Positions 13,533 through 26,553 of a DNA stretch of 64,000 nucleotides are shown here, in pieces. Source of the DNA: Eledone cirrhosa. Lineage: Eukaryota. Location of the stretch: contig OZ024759.1 of NCBI GenBank assembly GCA_964016885.1, forward strand, positions 24,862,001 through 24,926,000, written 5' to 3'. Numbering within the stretch: position 1 is the first letter of the stretch; each line of letters starts with the position of its first letter. Below the pieces are notes generated by a model. It saw nothing but the letters and a program-made list of their open reading frames with translations. It made no database searches and was not told the origin of the DNA. The position numbers were made by a program, and so were the translations under genes.

Positions 13533-16500
13533 TCATCATCATCACCGTTTTACGTCCATTCTTCCACGCTAGCATTGGTTAGACGGGTTGTCCTGTTGTA
13601 GGCAGTGTCCAGTCGGCTGACCTTGTCTTGCTCATACGGGAACTGATACTGGCTTGATTTCTACAGCTGGATGCCCTTCCTAACACCAACCTCATTTACA
13701 GTGAGTGCTGGGTGCTTTTTTTGCCGTAGCACCTCCACGACCACTTTGCAGTGGGAGGGGGAGGAGGCGCATATTGTCTATATGCTTCAGCTTATTCCTG
13801 TGGGTGAGGGTTTCTGTATTACTGCGTGACACCAGAGGTCACGGTCGTGTGTCATTGCCCTTGAGAGGTGCAATTGGGTAAGGTCGGCCTTTATCACCTC
13901 ATCCTAGGTCTTCTTGGGTCTCCCCACTCCACGGCCACCATCGACTTCTAGTGCTCTGCACCTTTTTATGCAGCAGCCATCCTTCATAAGCATCACATGT
14001 CCATACCAACGTAACCTCCTCTCCTGCACACAGCATTTGATTCCTCTTATGCTCAGTTTCTTTCTCAATTCGTTTATACTTTGCCGTTCGCATATATTAC
14101 TATTACACATCCATCGGAGCATGCAAGCTTCGTTTCTTTCTAATCTGTGCAAGTCTTCTACAGACAGCGCCCAGGTTTCACTTCTATGTAACATTGTTGT
14201 TCGTATACGCGCATCATACAGTCTGCCTGTCTGAGGGAAAAGCCATTTGCAAGTAGCAGTGGCAGTAGCTCCCTCAACTTTATCCATCCAGTTCTTACTC
14301 TAGTTATTGTACTTTCCGAACACCCACCTCTGCTGCTAATTCAGTCACCTAGGTAGCAGAAGCTGTCTACTGTTTCTACAGAGCCCTCCCAGAGTTTCCT
14401 GTGGTCGTCTGCTGCTTGCTGTCCCAGCGCAGCTGCTACATATGAAGCCTACATTCTTAGTTAAACTTCCTGAGATCCCACTACATCTCTTGTGTACCCA
14501 TTGTTTGCATTTGGGACAGAGGATGGAGTTCCTAACTACACCTTTCCTACATACTGAACAAGGCCATTTCCCCGAGGGGACCTTGGCTCCATTGTCTTGT
14601 CTACTTACAAAAACCTTAGTCTTTGTCAGGTTGACTCTGAGACCCTTTCTTTCTAGTCCCTGCTTCCATGTTTGGAATTTCTCCTCTAGTTCCACCATAG
14701 ATTCAGCTATAAGTGCGAGATCATCCGCATATAGGAGTTTCCATGGGCATCTGGTCTTAAACACCTCCGTTATTGCCTGCAAAACTATAATGAACAAGAG
14801 AGGGCTAAGAACAGAGCCCTGGTGGACACCAACCTGTATGCTAAATTCCTCGCTATAGTCATTGCTAACTCTAACTTTGCTGACTGCTCCTCTATACATG
14901 GCTTGTACAGCTTTCACAAGCCATTCATCTACTCCTAATTTTCTAAGAGCCCACCAGATTAAAGCACGGGGGACCCTGTCGAAGGCTTTTTCCAGATCGA
15001 CGAATGCCAGGTAGAGCGGTTTACTTTTAGCTAGGTACTTTTCCTGTAACTGCCTCACAAAGAAGAAGGCATCATTGTACCTTTCCCTGGTACAAACCCA
15101 AATTGCATCTCATCTAGATACACCTGGCTATATCAACTGTGCTATAACTCTTTCCGTTACTTTCATGACCTGGTCCATCAGCTTTATACCCCTATAGTTT
15201 CCTCTATCTAGTGCATCACCTTTACCTTTGTAGCAGTTGACAATGATGCTGCTGCACCAATCCTTTGGTATGATACCCTCTAGTATTACCTGATTAACAA
15301 TTTGTGTGGTTATGGTGTGACCTACCGACCCAGATGCCTTCAGCATCTTGGCAGCTATACCCGATGGACCGGTTGCCTTCCCTGTCTTCATATCTTTGAT
15401 TGCCTTACTTACTACACTGCTCCTGACTTGTACTGCTGGCCCATCTATAGGGTCCGCTTGGGGTAGGGTCTCTTTTTCTCATGTATTGTCCTCGTTTAGT
15501 AATCTTTCATAATGGCACTTCCACGCAGCTTTCTTCTCAGCACTTGTGAGGGCAAGCTCACCATTATCATTCCGGATATACTTCTCTCCAATGACATCAC
15601 AATTCTCTCTGACACACTGCCTCGCAATCTGGATCACCTCCTGTTTCTGGTCCTCATGTTGCAAAACATGCTTGAATTTTCTATCCTCTGCTTCTCTTCT
15701 AGCTAAGTATACTTGTCGCCTAGCTTCCCTCCTGGTCTCTATGTAATGTACCCTGCTACCCCTGTTCTTCTATTCTTTCCATGCCTGTCTCTTAGCCTTA
15801 ACTGCCTCATCTACCTTATTGTTCCACCGCCATGTCACTCTCCTCCTGCCTGTGGACTTGCTCCAGCCACAGATCTCGTCCGTCGCCTTTAGTAAGTTAT
15901 TTTTTAGGAACTCCCAGTGCTCTTTTACATTGAATGTCTATCTGTTCTTCTTTACTGTCATAGGCGTCGATTAGAATATATTTAAACCTGTTACTGACTG
16001 AGGGGTCTTTCAGTTTCCAGATCTTTCTTCTCCGGGTTGCCTTCTGTTTCAAGTTCGTCTAATTTTGACAGCGAGGTCGCTGACAACTAGGTTATGTTGG
16101 GAGGTACATTCCTCACCAGGGAAGGCTTTTGTGTTTACAACCGTCCATCTATCACACCCTCTGATGAGGATAAAATCTATCTAACTAGAATGCTCCCCTG
16201 ATCTATAGGTGATCAGATGGTTGTCGGGTTTTTTGAAGTTTGTGTTACATATCGACATGTCATAGGCGTTGCAGAATTCTAGAAGCCTTCTTCATTTCTT
16301 GTGCCAACCCATGGCCTCCATGGACTCTATAGAAGCCGTCACGGTGTTTACCTACGTGACTTACAATGATTAGGAAGTCATTGTCGCTTGTTAGGGCAGT
16401 AGTGTGCATTAGGGACTCGTAAACATATCCTTAAGTTCGTCTGGCAACCCCAATTGGGGTGCATAAGCTGATACTATTGTGGCAATTGTTTTATAAAGGA

Positions 16501-16545
16501 CTAGTCTGAGTTTGATGATTCTTGCATTCACCCTGATCACTGAGA
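13533..16545 (-). mobile_element. RTE-clade LINE, near full ORF, degraded (APE + RT + PHD finger)
   Basis: RT motifs YLAFVDLEKAFDRVP, GVHQGSVLSPLLF and LLYADD; upstream MKTGKATGPSGI...NYRGIKL; APE remnant (ISAYAPQ, IDFILIR) near 16000-16500; C-terminal RRLRWYGHV...GRPKKT; 3' tail ending in (GAT)n. Confidence 0.9.
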
Positions 16546-16740
16546 GGCCAGCATCGTATAGCAAGCCACACCGGACACTGAAATAGTTCCTTTATCTTCC
16601 TCGGAAGAAGAGATATTAATCTCAAAATATCAGAATATATGAATAACTTCAGGTAAAAAAAAAAAGCACTGTTTCTTACGATTTAATTATTCTCCGTCCA
16701 AACCTGTCTAGTCGTGGCTTTCAAACTTCGAATTTTTTAA

Positions 16741-16801
<61 letters not shown>

Positions 16802-18032
16802 TTGTTTGTAACTCACAAACACACACGCAATGCATTTGTAGTGAGCTACATTCCGCGGGCTCACATACATTCTCTGTGCGTGATTTGGCTCAGTTCAGCC
16901 AATCAGCGCCAGTAGAAGAGGATGTATCCCTACGCGCCCTGAGGAAGAAATTCCCCGTGAAGATTTGAAGAATCTCTCTCTTGTACCGGAAACTTCAAGC
17001 CATCAACACGCATACTGTAACGGTGAGATTTGCACCCTAGCCTCGCCGGCTTAACGGCGCAATGGCACATTCCCTTTTGTAACCTCTTCTTATCTGTAAC
17101 TTCAACCATATAAGTTAACAAACATTGTTTGTGCTACATCAAAAATAAACACATTTCATCTCTAATTACTGCTGTTGAAATCATTATCATGTTACTCGTG
17201 TCTCAATAACATCTATAATCCCTGCTGCTGGAATTGGCGACTACTCTATAACCAATACTGTTAAACATTTCCTATCTGTCATGTTGCTACAATCATCAAC
17301 CATAATACACCACAAATGTTTGGATATATATATATATATATATACACATATAATCGGACTGGGACCCTATCATTCAAACACCCAAGAAACCTATGAGATA
17401 CAGCCTTGTAGGAGGTCAGTAAAACCTACATAAGTGTGAGCTGAAACATGACAGGACAGGGGTTGCTATTATTAAAACATCCCAGAAACCTCATATGAGC
17501 TACAACTTTCTAGGAGGCCAGCTTATCCTACATAGGTGTCAGATCTAACGACAACATGATAGGACTGAAAGCCCTATCATTAAAACACCCAAGAAACCTC
17601 GTAGGAAGCCTAGTTGTTAGCAGTAACAACAATAACATGATAGGACAGAGACCCCTATCATTAAAACACGCCTAAGAAGCCAGCTAAACCTACAAAGAAG
17701 AGAGCTGAACATTTCATTTTCCATACATCTTAATTTACCTTGACACATTGCCTTGCAATGTGTCAACGTCCCACACCTTTGCTCATACAATTGCAAAACA
17801 TTGGCAAAGGTTTGGCATTCAACTTAAAGTTGCTGTCAGCCGAGATTAATCATCCTCCCACATAAAAACCAACAAATCAGGATATATATTTATATATATA
17901 CATACATATACATATACATATATATATATACACACATATACATACATATATATACATATATATATATACACATATACATACATATATATACATATATATA
18001 TATACACATATACATACATATATATACATATA

Positions 18033-18520
18033 TCATCATCATCATCATCATCATCATCGTTTAACGTCTGTGTTCCACGCTTGCATGGGTTTGGGCGGGG
18101 GTTTTCCCACTTGAGGCAAGAGTGATTGTCTTGCTCGCATAGGACTGTCTGGCGGGTTTTCTACAGCTGGATGCCCTTCCTAACACCAACCATATTTACA
18201 GTGTGGGGTTTTTACCGTGTTGCCTACACGGCCACATTACAGCGTGGACTGTGTGTGTTTTTTTGTCGTGACACCTACACGATTTGTTTCGGCCTGGATG
18301 TTGTGGCACCAACATAACTTTACATAGGAGGGGGTGGTGGGACGGGGTTGTTAGAGATGCCTACTAGCATTGAAAGAGCGGTGTGGATGGGGTGGTGGTG
18401 GTGGGACGGGGGTGTATTTTGTTAGAGATGCCTACTGACTGTAGTAGGTTTTACTTTGTATTTAGGTAAGGCGGGTCTTCTCTATTACTGAGTACCGCCA
18501 AAGGTCTCGGTTCAGTGACA
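18033..18520 (-). mobile_element. RTE LINE 3' end fragment
   Basis: Near-identical to 44040-44468 ([15 protein letters not shown] plus 3'UTR); flanked by TA/CA microsatellite. Confidence 0.85.
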
Positions 18521-18764
18521 TACATACATATATATATACATACATATATACATATATATACATATATATATACATACATATATACATACATGTATATACA
18601 TACATATATATACATATATATATATATATACATATATATACATATATATATATATACATACATACATGTATATACATACATATATACATATATATATATA
18701 CATACATGTATATACATATATATATATATACATACATGTATATACATATATATATATATACATA

Positions 18765-18804
<40 letters not shown>

Positions 18805-18819
18805 AATATATATATACAT

Positions 18820-19163
18820 GGAGGCACATGGCTTAGTGGTTAGAGCATTGGCCTTGCAATCGAAAGGTTGTGAGTTCAATTCTCAGACCGGGTGATGTGT
18901 TGTTTCCTTGAGCAAGACACTTTATTTCACATTGCTCCAGTTTACTCAGCTGTAGAAATAAGATGATAGGGACTGGGGTCCCTATCATTCCACTGTAAAG
19001 TGGACGTGTAGGCGCCACGGAAAAAAAGCACCCAGCACTCACTGTAAATGAGGTTGGTGTTAGGAAGGGCATCCAGCTGTAGAAATCAAGCCAGAATCAG
19101 TTCCCATCCCACCTTTGCAAGCAGGGAAAAGTGGACGTAAAATGATGATGATGATGATGATGA
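18820..19163 (+). mobile_element. tRNA-headed SINE family 1 with an RTE-shared 3' tail; other copies at 25350-25691(-), 27625-27952(-), 45782-46162(+), 51660-51983(-)
   Basis: A box TGGCTTAGTGG and B box GAGTTCAATTC. The tail ggaagggcatccagctgtagaaa...gacgtaaaatgatgat matches the RTE 3' end at 13533-13750. Five highly similar copies. Confidence 0.9.
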
Positions 19164-19319
19164 TATATATATATATATATATATATATGATATTAATAAA
19201 TGGAAACTATATTTATAAAGCCATATTATCGTCCACTTTTCCCTTGCAAGCAGGGAAAAGTGGACGTAAAGATGAAATGATGATGATAGATACATATATA
19301 TATACATACATATAAAAAA

Positions 19320-19640
19320 ATACAGGAGAAGGAGGACATCTACGGACCATTGATGAGTTTACAAATCCAGTATCCAAGATACACCTTTAGCTTCATACCT
19401 ATCATTATTGGAGCTACGGGTTATATACCAACCCGTTTGGACCAAAGTATGACTGAACTTGGATTTGCGGACAAAAAGCGCAGCTCCCTAATACATAGTC
19501 TACAAATGGCTGCGATAGCTGGCACCTTCAAAATTTGCAAAACATTCTTGCAATTCAAGGGATGACAATTTCTTTTCTCTTACAACCTTGCCACCAGGAA
19601 GGTTGCCGGTCAAAAAAATATACTCGGAATTAAGAGAAAG
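19320..19640 (+). mobile_element. 3' end of an REL-endonuclease non-LTR retrotransposon (R4/Dong/NeSL-like)
   Basis: FIPIIIGATGYIP..L...LGF...[17 protein letters not shown] resembles the REL C-terminus; inserted in (TA)n. Confidence 0.6.
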
Positions 19641-19835
19641 AGACATATATATATATATATATATACATATATGCATATATATATATACACATACATATAT
19701 GCATATATATATATACACATACATATATACATACATATATACATACATACATATATACATACATATATATATATATGTATATATACATATATATACATAC
19801 ACATATATATATATATATATATACATACATATATA

Positions 19836-20414
19836 TGGTGGCTGCCAACTCGTTTTCGAGTATGGCCACTACTTTATATCCATGTAGGAGAACCCCTACC
19901 GATGCGCTGAACGACTGTGACTTTTTAGTCCAGCCAGCGACTTGAAAACTCTGGTACAAACAATACACTTGTGACAATTATTGACACATAGTGCTGGGCC
20001 CATGGTACCATGTGACGACAAGTGCAGAGAGATCTCCAGATATAAAGCAATGCCTGTGCCGTGAAGCTTTTATAGTGAGCAAAGGCACTGCACAAAGCCA
20101 GTCCCACTCTCTTAACCAAGATGATATTTACCAAAAAGAAGAACAAGTCAACATCATTTGTATATATATGTATATACATATATATACAAACATATATACA
20201 TACAAATATATATGTACATACATACATATATATATGTACATATATGCATATATATACATACATATACATATATATATGTACATATATGCATATATATACA
20301 TATATATACATACATATATGCATATATATACATATATGATGTAGATAAATATATACATACATATATACATATATATACATATATGTAGATAAATATATAC
20401 ATACATATATATAC

Positions 20415-20447
<33 letters not shown>

Positions 20448-20806
20448 CATACATATATATGTACATATATATACACACATATATACATACATATACACAC
20501 ATATATACATACATATATATATATACATATATATACACACATATATACATACATATATATATATACATATATATACATACATATATATATACATATATAT
20601 ATACATACATCATCATCATCGTTTAACGTCTATCTTCCATGCTTGCATGAGTTTATACATATATATATATATATATATACATATATATACATAGATATAT
20701 ATATATAGACATATATATATACATATACATATATATATATGTGTATACATATACATATATATATACATATATACAAATATATACACACACATATATATAT
20801 ATACAC

Positions 20807-20839
<33 letters not shown>

Positions 20840-21245
20840 CATACATATACACACACATACATATACATACATACATACATAGATATATATACATACATAC
20901 ATAGATATATATACATACATACATACATCATCATCATCGTTTAACGTCCATCTTCCACGCTTGCATGGGTTTATACATATATATATACATACATATATAT
21001 ATATGTACCACACTGTAAACGTGGTTGGTGTTAGGAAGGGCATCCAGCCGTAGAAAACCCGCCAGAAAACCCTATGCGAGCAAGACAACCACTCTTGCCT
21101 CAAGTGGGAAAACTCCCGTCCAAACCCATGTAAGCGTGGAAGATGGACGTTAAACGATGATGATGATGATGATACATATATATATACATACATATACATA
21201 TATATATATATACAAATATATACACACACACACATATATATATAA

Positions 21246-21277
<32 letters not shown>

Positions 21278-21715
21278 ATATATATATGTGACGACAAGTG
21301 CAGAGAGATCTCCAGATATAAAGCAATGTCTGTGCCGTGAAGCTTTTATAGTGAGCAAAGACACTGCACAAAGCCAGTCCCACTCTCTTAACCAAGATGA
21401 TATTACCAAAAAGAAGAAAAAGTCAACATCATTGGATACCATCTGGGTTGCAGGTGTTATATCAGAGTTTTCCTTCTCCTAGAATTCTGCCTTGACAAAG
21501 GCTAAGGGGTCATCTCTCCCGGTGATTTTGGATGGCCATTGACTCTTAAGAGCTCCTTTGCCCTTTGACAGGTTTTATTTTTAGTCCTGCAGGATGTCCA
21601 AAGTCACCCTCCTCACCAAGAAACCTTGGTAGGGTTGCCAGTTTAGTCGCCAACGACCCGACCATGGGACAGGTTGTACTGGGATACATGTTACCAGTAG
21701 CACCAACTGGTGACC
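19836..21715 (-). mobile_element. Bipartite RTE-derived element, interrupted by a microsatellite block
   Basis: 5' half at 21287-21715. The 3' half at 19836-20160 encodes [23 protein letters not shown], an RTE C-terminal C2H2 motif, and has the same tail as 2020-2051. Confidence 0.7.
21638..21715 (-). ncRNA. Candidate HDV-like ribozyme, second copy
   Basis: ggtcaccagttggtgctactggtaacatgtatcccagtacaacctgtcccatggtcgggtcgttggcgactaaactgg: same topology with a weaker P3, again at the element 5' end. Confidence 0.55.
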
Positions 21716-22194
21716 TGACATACATATACATACATATATATATACATACATATATACACACATCAAGGAAGCATACCTTTTGTTTCAAGTGCAAAGAGTA
21801 AATTTAAATCCGAATGAGCCAAATTACGAAAGATAACTCTTGTCTTACTTAACCACGAAAATTCACACAAATAACCAAAACGTTTTTAATGTCTCCAAAG
21901 GCCCCAATATCGAAATTTGAAAGCCTTTGTAGATTATGTACAGTTTTTGTGCAAGGAGAAGCTCTGTAAAAATTTTCAAAGAAATCGCATGAATGGTTTA
22001 GAATATATGAGCCTTCATTAAAAATTATCCACACACACATACAGAAAACTACAGCTTTATATATATACAGATATATACCTATGTATGCATGTATATATAG
22101 GTGTCCCCCCAAAACGTATACACAATTTGATTACCTGTACAGGCAAAAATTATTAGAATTTTTTGGAAACTTGGACACACTGTATGTATATATA

Positions 22195-22950
22195 CTGTAT
22201 TTCTTGGAATATAAGACACACTCTAAATGTAACATGAATATCCAGGAAAAATAAAATTAAGGGGAATTAACGCTATTAAAATTATAATCTCTTTCAAATC
22301 TTATAAAATCATGACTACTGTCATCCTCATTGATTTCCTGGCTGTCACCCTCGTCTAGTTCCTGAAATTCCTCATCTTCCTCGCATTCCTCGGGGTCATT
22401 GCTGTTTTCAGAATCACTTGTGTCGCCATCATTATACAGAATATCATCTTCGGTGCCATCTAGGGTGTTGCTGATGGCACATTTTTTTAACGCTTTTATA
22501 ACTGCCTCGGTTTTCATAACACCCTACCAGTTTTTCACCGACTGGGTTACCAGGAAAATGTAGGCCTATTCATACTTGCTGTCGGAGTCAGTTCATGTTG
22601 CAGCTCCTTCATCCAATTATCCCATTCCTCTCTTGTGTGCCTTAAAAGGCTGGTTTAGTGAAACGTCAAGGAGTTATAATTGAGAAGTCAGTCCACCAGG
22701 TATGATAGCTATTTCAGTGTTTAAATTCTTTACCCTCCTTACAGCATTGTCAGCAGTATGTGCACAAAATTGGTTCCAAACAAGAAGGCATACTTTCGAA
22801 AATTTAAACAAAAGTCTAAAAATTTCCTACTTTTTAATTATAAAATTTTTACTTTCGATAATTACCCCAAACCTGATGATATCTTGTACAGTGATTTTGA
22901 GGGTCAAATTTTCGGAAAAAAAAAGCGTGTCTTATATTCCGAAAATGCAG
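22195..22950 (-). mobile_element. Internally deleted pogo-like DNA transposon
   Basis: Imperfect TIRs ctgtatttcttggaatataagacacac / gcgtgtcttatattccgaaaatgcag. Minus strand encodes the DDE_1 C-terminus IIPGGLTSQL*LLDVSLNQPFK and KKCAISNTLDGTEDD followed by an acidic tail. Confidence 0.8.
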
Positions 22951-23118
22951 TGTGTATATGTGTGTGTGTATATATATAAATATAAATATATAAAAAAGCA
23001 CCCAGTCCATGCTGTAAAGTGGTGCTGGCGTTAGGAAGGGCATCCAACCAGTATATATTAATGCCAAAAACTATGTGCACAACAAATGAGAATGATACAT
23101 ATACACATATACACAAAA

Positions 23119-24529
23119 ATGATTTATCAAACTTGAAGACAGACAGACTAACCGGTACCTACTCGAGATGGTAGAAAGATATTTCGACTAGTATAGAGCA
23201 GTCATGAATAAATTAATAGAGAAGATGATTTATCAAGCTTGAAGGCAGACAGACTAACCGGTACCTACTTGAAATAGTAGAAAGATATTTCAACTGGTAT
23301 AGAGCAGTCATTAGTAGAGAAGATGATTTATCAAGCTTGAAGTCAGACAGACTAATCGGTACCTACTTGAGATAGTAGAAAGATATTTCAACTGGAATAG
23401 AGCAGTCATTAATAGAGAAGATGATTTATCAAGCTTAAAGGCAGACAGACTAACCGGTACCTACTTGAGATAGTAGAAAGATATTTCAACTGGTATAGAG
23501 CAGTCATTAATAGAGAAGATGATTTATCAAGCTTAAAGGCAGACAGACTAACCGGTACCTACTTGAGATAGTAGAAAGATATTTCAACTGGTATAGAGCA
23601 GTCATTAATAGAGAAGATGATTTATCAAGCTTAAAGGCAGACAGACTAACCGGTACCTACTTGAGATAGTAGAAAGATATTTCAACTGGTATAGAGCAGT
23701 CATTAATAGAGAAGATGATTTATCAAGCTTAAAGGCAGACAGACTAACCGGTACCTACTTGAGATAGTAGAAAGATATTTCAACTGATATAGAGCAGTCA
23801 TTAATAGAGAAGATGATTTATCAAGCTTAAAGGCAAACAGACTAACCGGTACCTACTTGAGATAGTAGAAAGATATTTCAACTGGTATAGAGCAGTCATT
23901 AATAGAGAAGATGATTTATCAAGCTTAAAGGCAGACAGACTAACCGGTACCTACTTGAGATAGTAGAAAGATATTTCAACTGATATAGAGCAGTCATTAA
24001 TAGAGAAGATGATTTATCAAGCTTAAAGGCAGACAGACTAACCGGTACCTACTTGAGATAGTAGAAAGATATTTCAACTGGTATAGAGCAGTCATTAATA
24101 GAGAAGATGATTTATCAAGCTTAAAGGCAGACAGACTAACCGGTACCTACTTGAGATAGTAGAAAGATATTTCAACTGGTATAGAGCAGTCATTAATAGA
24201 GAAGATGATTTATCAAGCTTGAAGGCAGACAGACTAACCGGTACCTACTTGAGATAGTAGAAAGATATTTCAACTGGTATAGAGCAGTCATTAATAGAGA
24301 AGATGATTTATCAAGCTTGAAGTCAGACAGACTAACCGGTACCTACTTGAGATAGTAGAAATATGTTTCAACTGGTATAGAGCAGTCATGAATAAATTAT
24401 TAGAGAAGATGATTTATCAAGCTTGAAGGCAGACAGACTAACTGGTACCTACTCGAGATGGTAGAAAGATATTTCAACTGGTATAGAGCAGTCATAAATA
24501 GATTAATAGAGAAGATGATTTATCAAGCT
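23119..24529. repeat. 98-bp tandem minisatellite, about 14 copies
   Basis: gaagatgatttatcaagc recurs at 23221, 23319, 23417, 23515 and onward. The terminal units carry an extra about 8 nt. Confidence 0.95.
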
Positions 24530-25148
24530 GGATTGATTGCATTGTGATGCCATGAAACACTCTCAGACAATTTATTATGATTTCATGAAGAGTCATATTC
24601 CTTGAATCAAAATGCCATCTTTATCAAATTCTCAAATATTCTATTAAGCAGCAATAAATCTACTCGAAACATTATTTATTAGTCAACCATTCTTTCATCT
24701 ATTAATCCTTCCAGTAGCCATCCATAATCACTTTATTTGATTTTCAATTATGGTTTTAACATATTTATAAATACTGCTAATACTTCGTGTCTAACAGAAA
24801 AAGCTAACCAGTTTCCATAATTTGATGTGTTTAGCAAGGAACAAAGCAGGCGCTGTTCTGATTTCATAGGATATTAGACATTTCTGGACAACATTCATTG
24901 ATCTTTTCACTACAATTATTGATACGAAATATGGAAGATGTTGCCAGCTTCAATATTGATTTATAATTTAAGCACACAGCCAGAAAATTTGGGAGAGCAA
25001 AGTTGATTAATTCAACCCCAGTACTTAACTGGTATTTTAAAAGATAATAAATTGATTTCCAATTAAAGCATAAGGTCTTCAAATTTGGGGGAGGGAGTAA
25101 GGCAAAGATGATTAAACCAACATATATATATATATATATGATTAAATC

Positions 25149-25199
<51 letters not shown>

Positions 25200-25309
25200 C
25201 ACATCTATGTATATATATGCACACATATATATATACATATATATATATGTATACACACACACGTACATATACATATATGTATGTATACACACACACATAT
25301 ATATATATG

Positions 25310-25348
<39 letters not shown>

Positions 25349-26081
25349 CATTTCATTTTTCATTTCATTTTACGTCCACTTTTCCCTGCTTGCAAGGGTG
25401 GGACGGGAACTGATTCTGGCCTGATTTCTACAGCCGGATGCCCTTCCTAACACCAACCGCATTTACAGTGAGTGCTGGGTGCTTTTTTTCCGTGTCACCT
25501 CCACGACCACTTTGCAGTGGAATGATAGGGACCCCAGTCCCTATCATCTCATTTCTACAGCTGAGTAAACTGGAGCAATGTGAAATAAAGTGTCTTGCTC
25601 AAGGAAACAACACATCACCCGGTCTGAGAATTGAACTCACAAACTTTCGATTGCAAGGCCAATGCTCTAACCACTAAGCCATGTGCCTCCATATATATAT
25701 ATATATATACACATGTATACTTATATGTAAGTATATACAAACACACACACATACATATATAACTACTTGATACAACAATTTAAATAAAAAATTAATAATT
25801 AAAAAAAAAAGTAGCTTTTGTACTTTCAACTAGTAACAACAACAACTTTGACGTCATAGCATGACACACAGACAAATACAAAACACACACAATGTAAACT
25901 GTATTTATTTGAGCCAACACTACAGCCTGGCTATCCAGTTTGAAGCATGTGCACCAATTTTCAGGAAAATACACCTTACCTTTTTAACAAAAAAAAAAGC
26001 TATGAATGGAGATTATACACATACATACATACATACACATATACATATATATATATATATTTATATATACATATATATACT

Positions 26082-26484
26082 ATATATTAAACAAATGGAA
26101 ACTATATTTATAAAACCATATTTATTTCATTATACATATTTCAATGACACCAAGTTAAATTATGGTGTGCTTTCATCAGATAAAATATAATATAGAGCAG
26201 TTTTATAAATAAATATTGACATACCCTTAAAGAATGCGACCATTTCTGTTGGAAGCTCCCGGATTTATTTATAAAACTGCTCTATATTATATTTTATCTG
26301 ATGAAAGCACACCATAATTTAACTTGGTGTCCTTGAAATATGTATAATGAAATAAATATGGTTTTATAAATATAGTTTCTATTTGTTTAATATATCGTAT
26401 TTTTATTCCAATAATTTGTTGAGTGCTTTATATCAGTTATAAAAATATTTGCTTGTTGTATCCCAACAATTTAAATAGAACTTC

Positions 26485-26490
<6 letters not shown>
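26082..26490. repeat. Fold-back family B, about 130-bp arms, about 48-nt spacer, one-sided tail
   Basis: 26082-26214 is the reverse complement of about 26263-26395; (TA)n flanks. Confidence 0.92.
26292..26352 (+). ncRNA. Minimal type I hammerhead motif (mirror copy on the minus strand at about 26134-26195)
   Basis: ttttat-CTGATGA-aag cacacca...tggtgtc ctt-GAAA-tatgta-TA-atgaaa. Confidence 0.78.
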
Positions 26491-26524
<34 letters not shown>

Positions 26525-26525
<1 letters not shown>

Positions 26526-26553
26526 TAGCAGAATGGCCCGGCGTTGCTCGGGC
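26525..26553 (-). mobile_element. Helitron 3' terminus of a non-autonomous copy; others at 57998-58026(-) and 63528-63556(+)
   Basis: cccgagcaacgccggg hairpin + about 8 nt + CTAG|T, as at the 46399 end. Confidence 0.75.

Noticed and set aside
16920-17010. Hammerhead in the 16810-17320 insert (ctgaggaag...ggaaac); similar weak motifs near 2550-2590 and 29770-29815
   Set aside because: I could not build consistent stems I-III by eye, so these were left uncalled.
18820-18890. tRNA gene
   Set aside because: A and B boxes are present but the cloverleaf is incomplete, and the head continues into a repeated body and LINE tail, so it is a SINE head.
18451-21442. Many ORFs rich in I/Y/M/C/H/T (also near 11339-11693, 25063-25450, 33777-34133, 38491-39162, 40649-41308, 51959-52783, 60358-61143)
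   Set aside because: Translations of (TA)n, (CA)n and (TACA)n microsatellites, which lack stops in several frames; no protein signal.
23119-24529. Possible CRISPR array or tandem retrozyme
   Set aside because: Units are contiguous with no unique spacers and the context is eukaryotic; no CUGANGA core found on either strand.
24540-24960. Possible MGAT2 exon ([10 protein letters not shown] resembles ECPEC) or a separate gene
   Set aside because: The true exon 5 at 13362-13437 fits phase and homology; this stretch has stops in the frames I read and no convincing splice sites.
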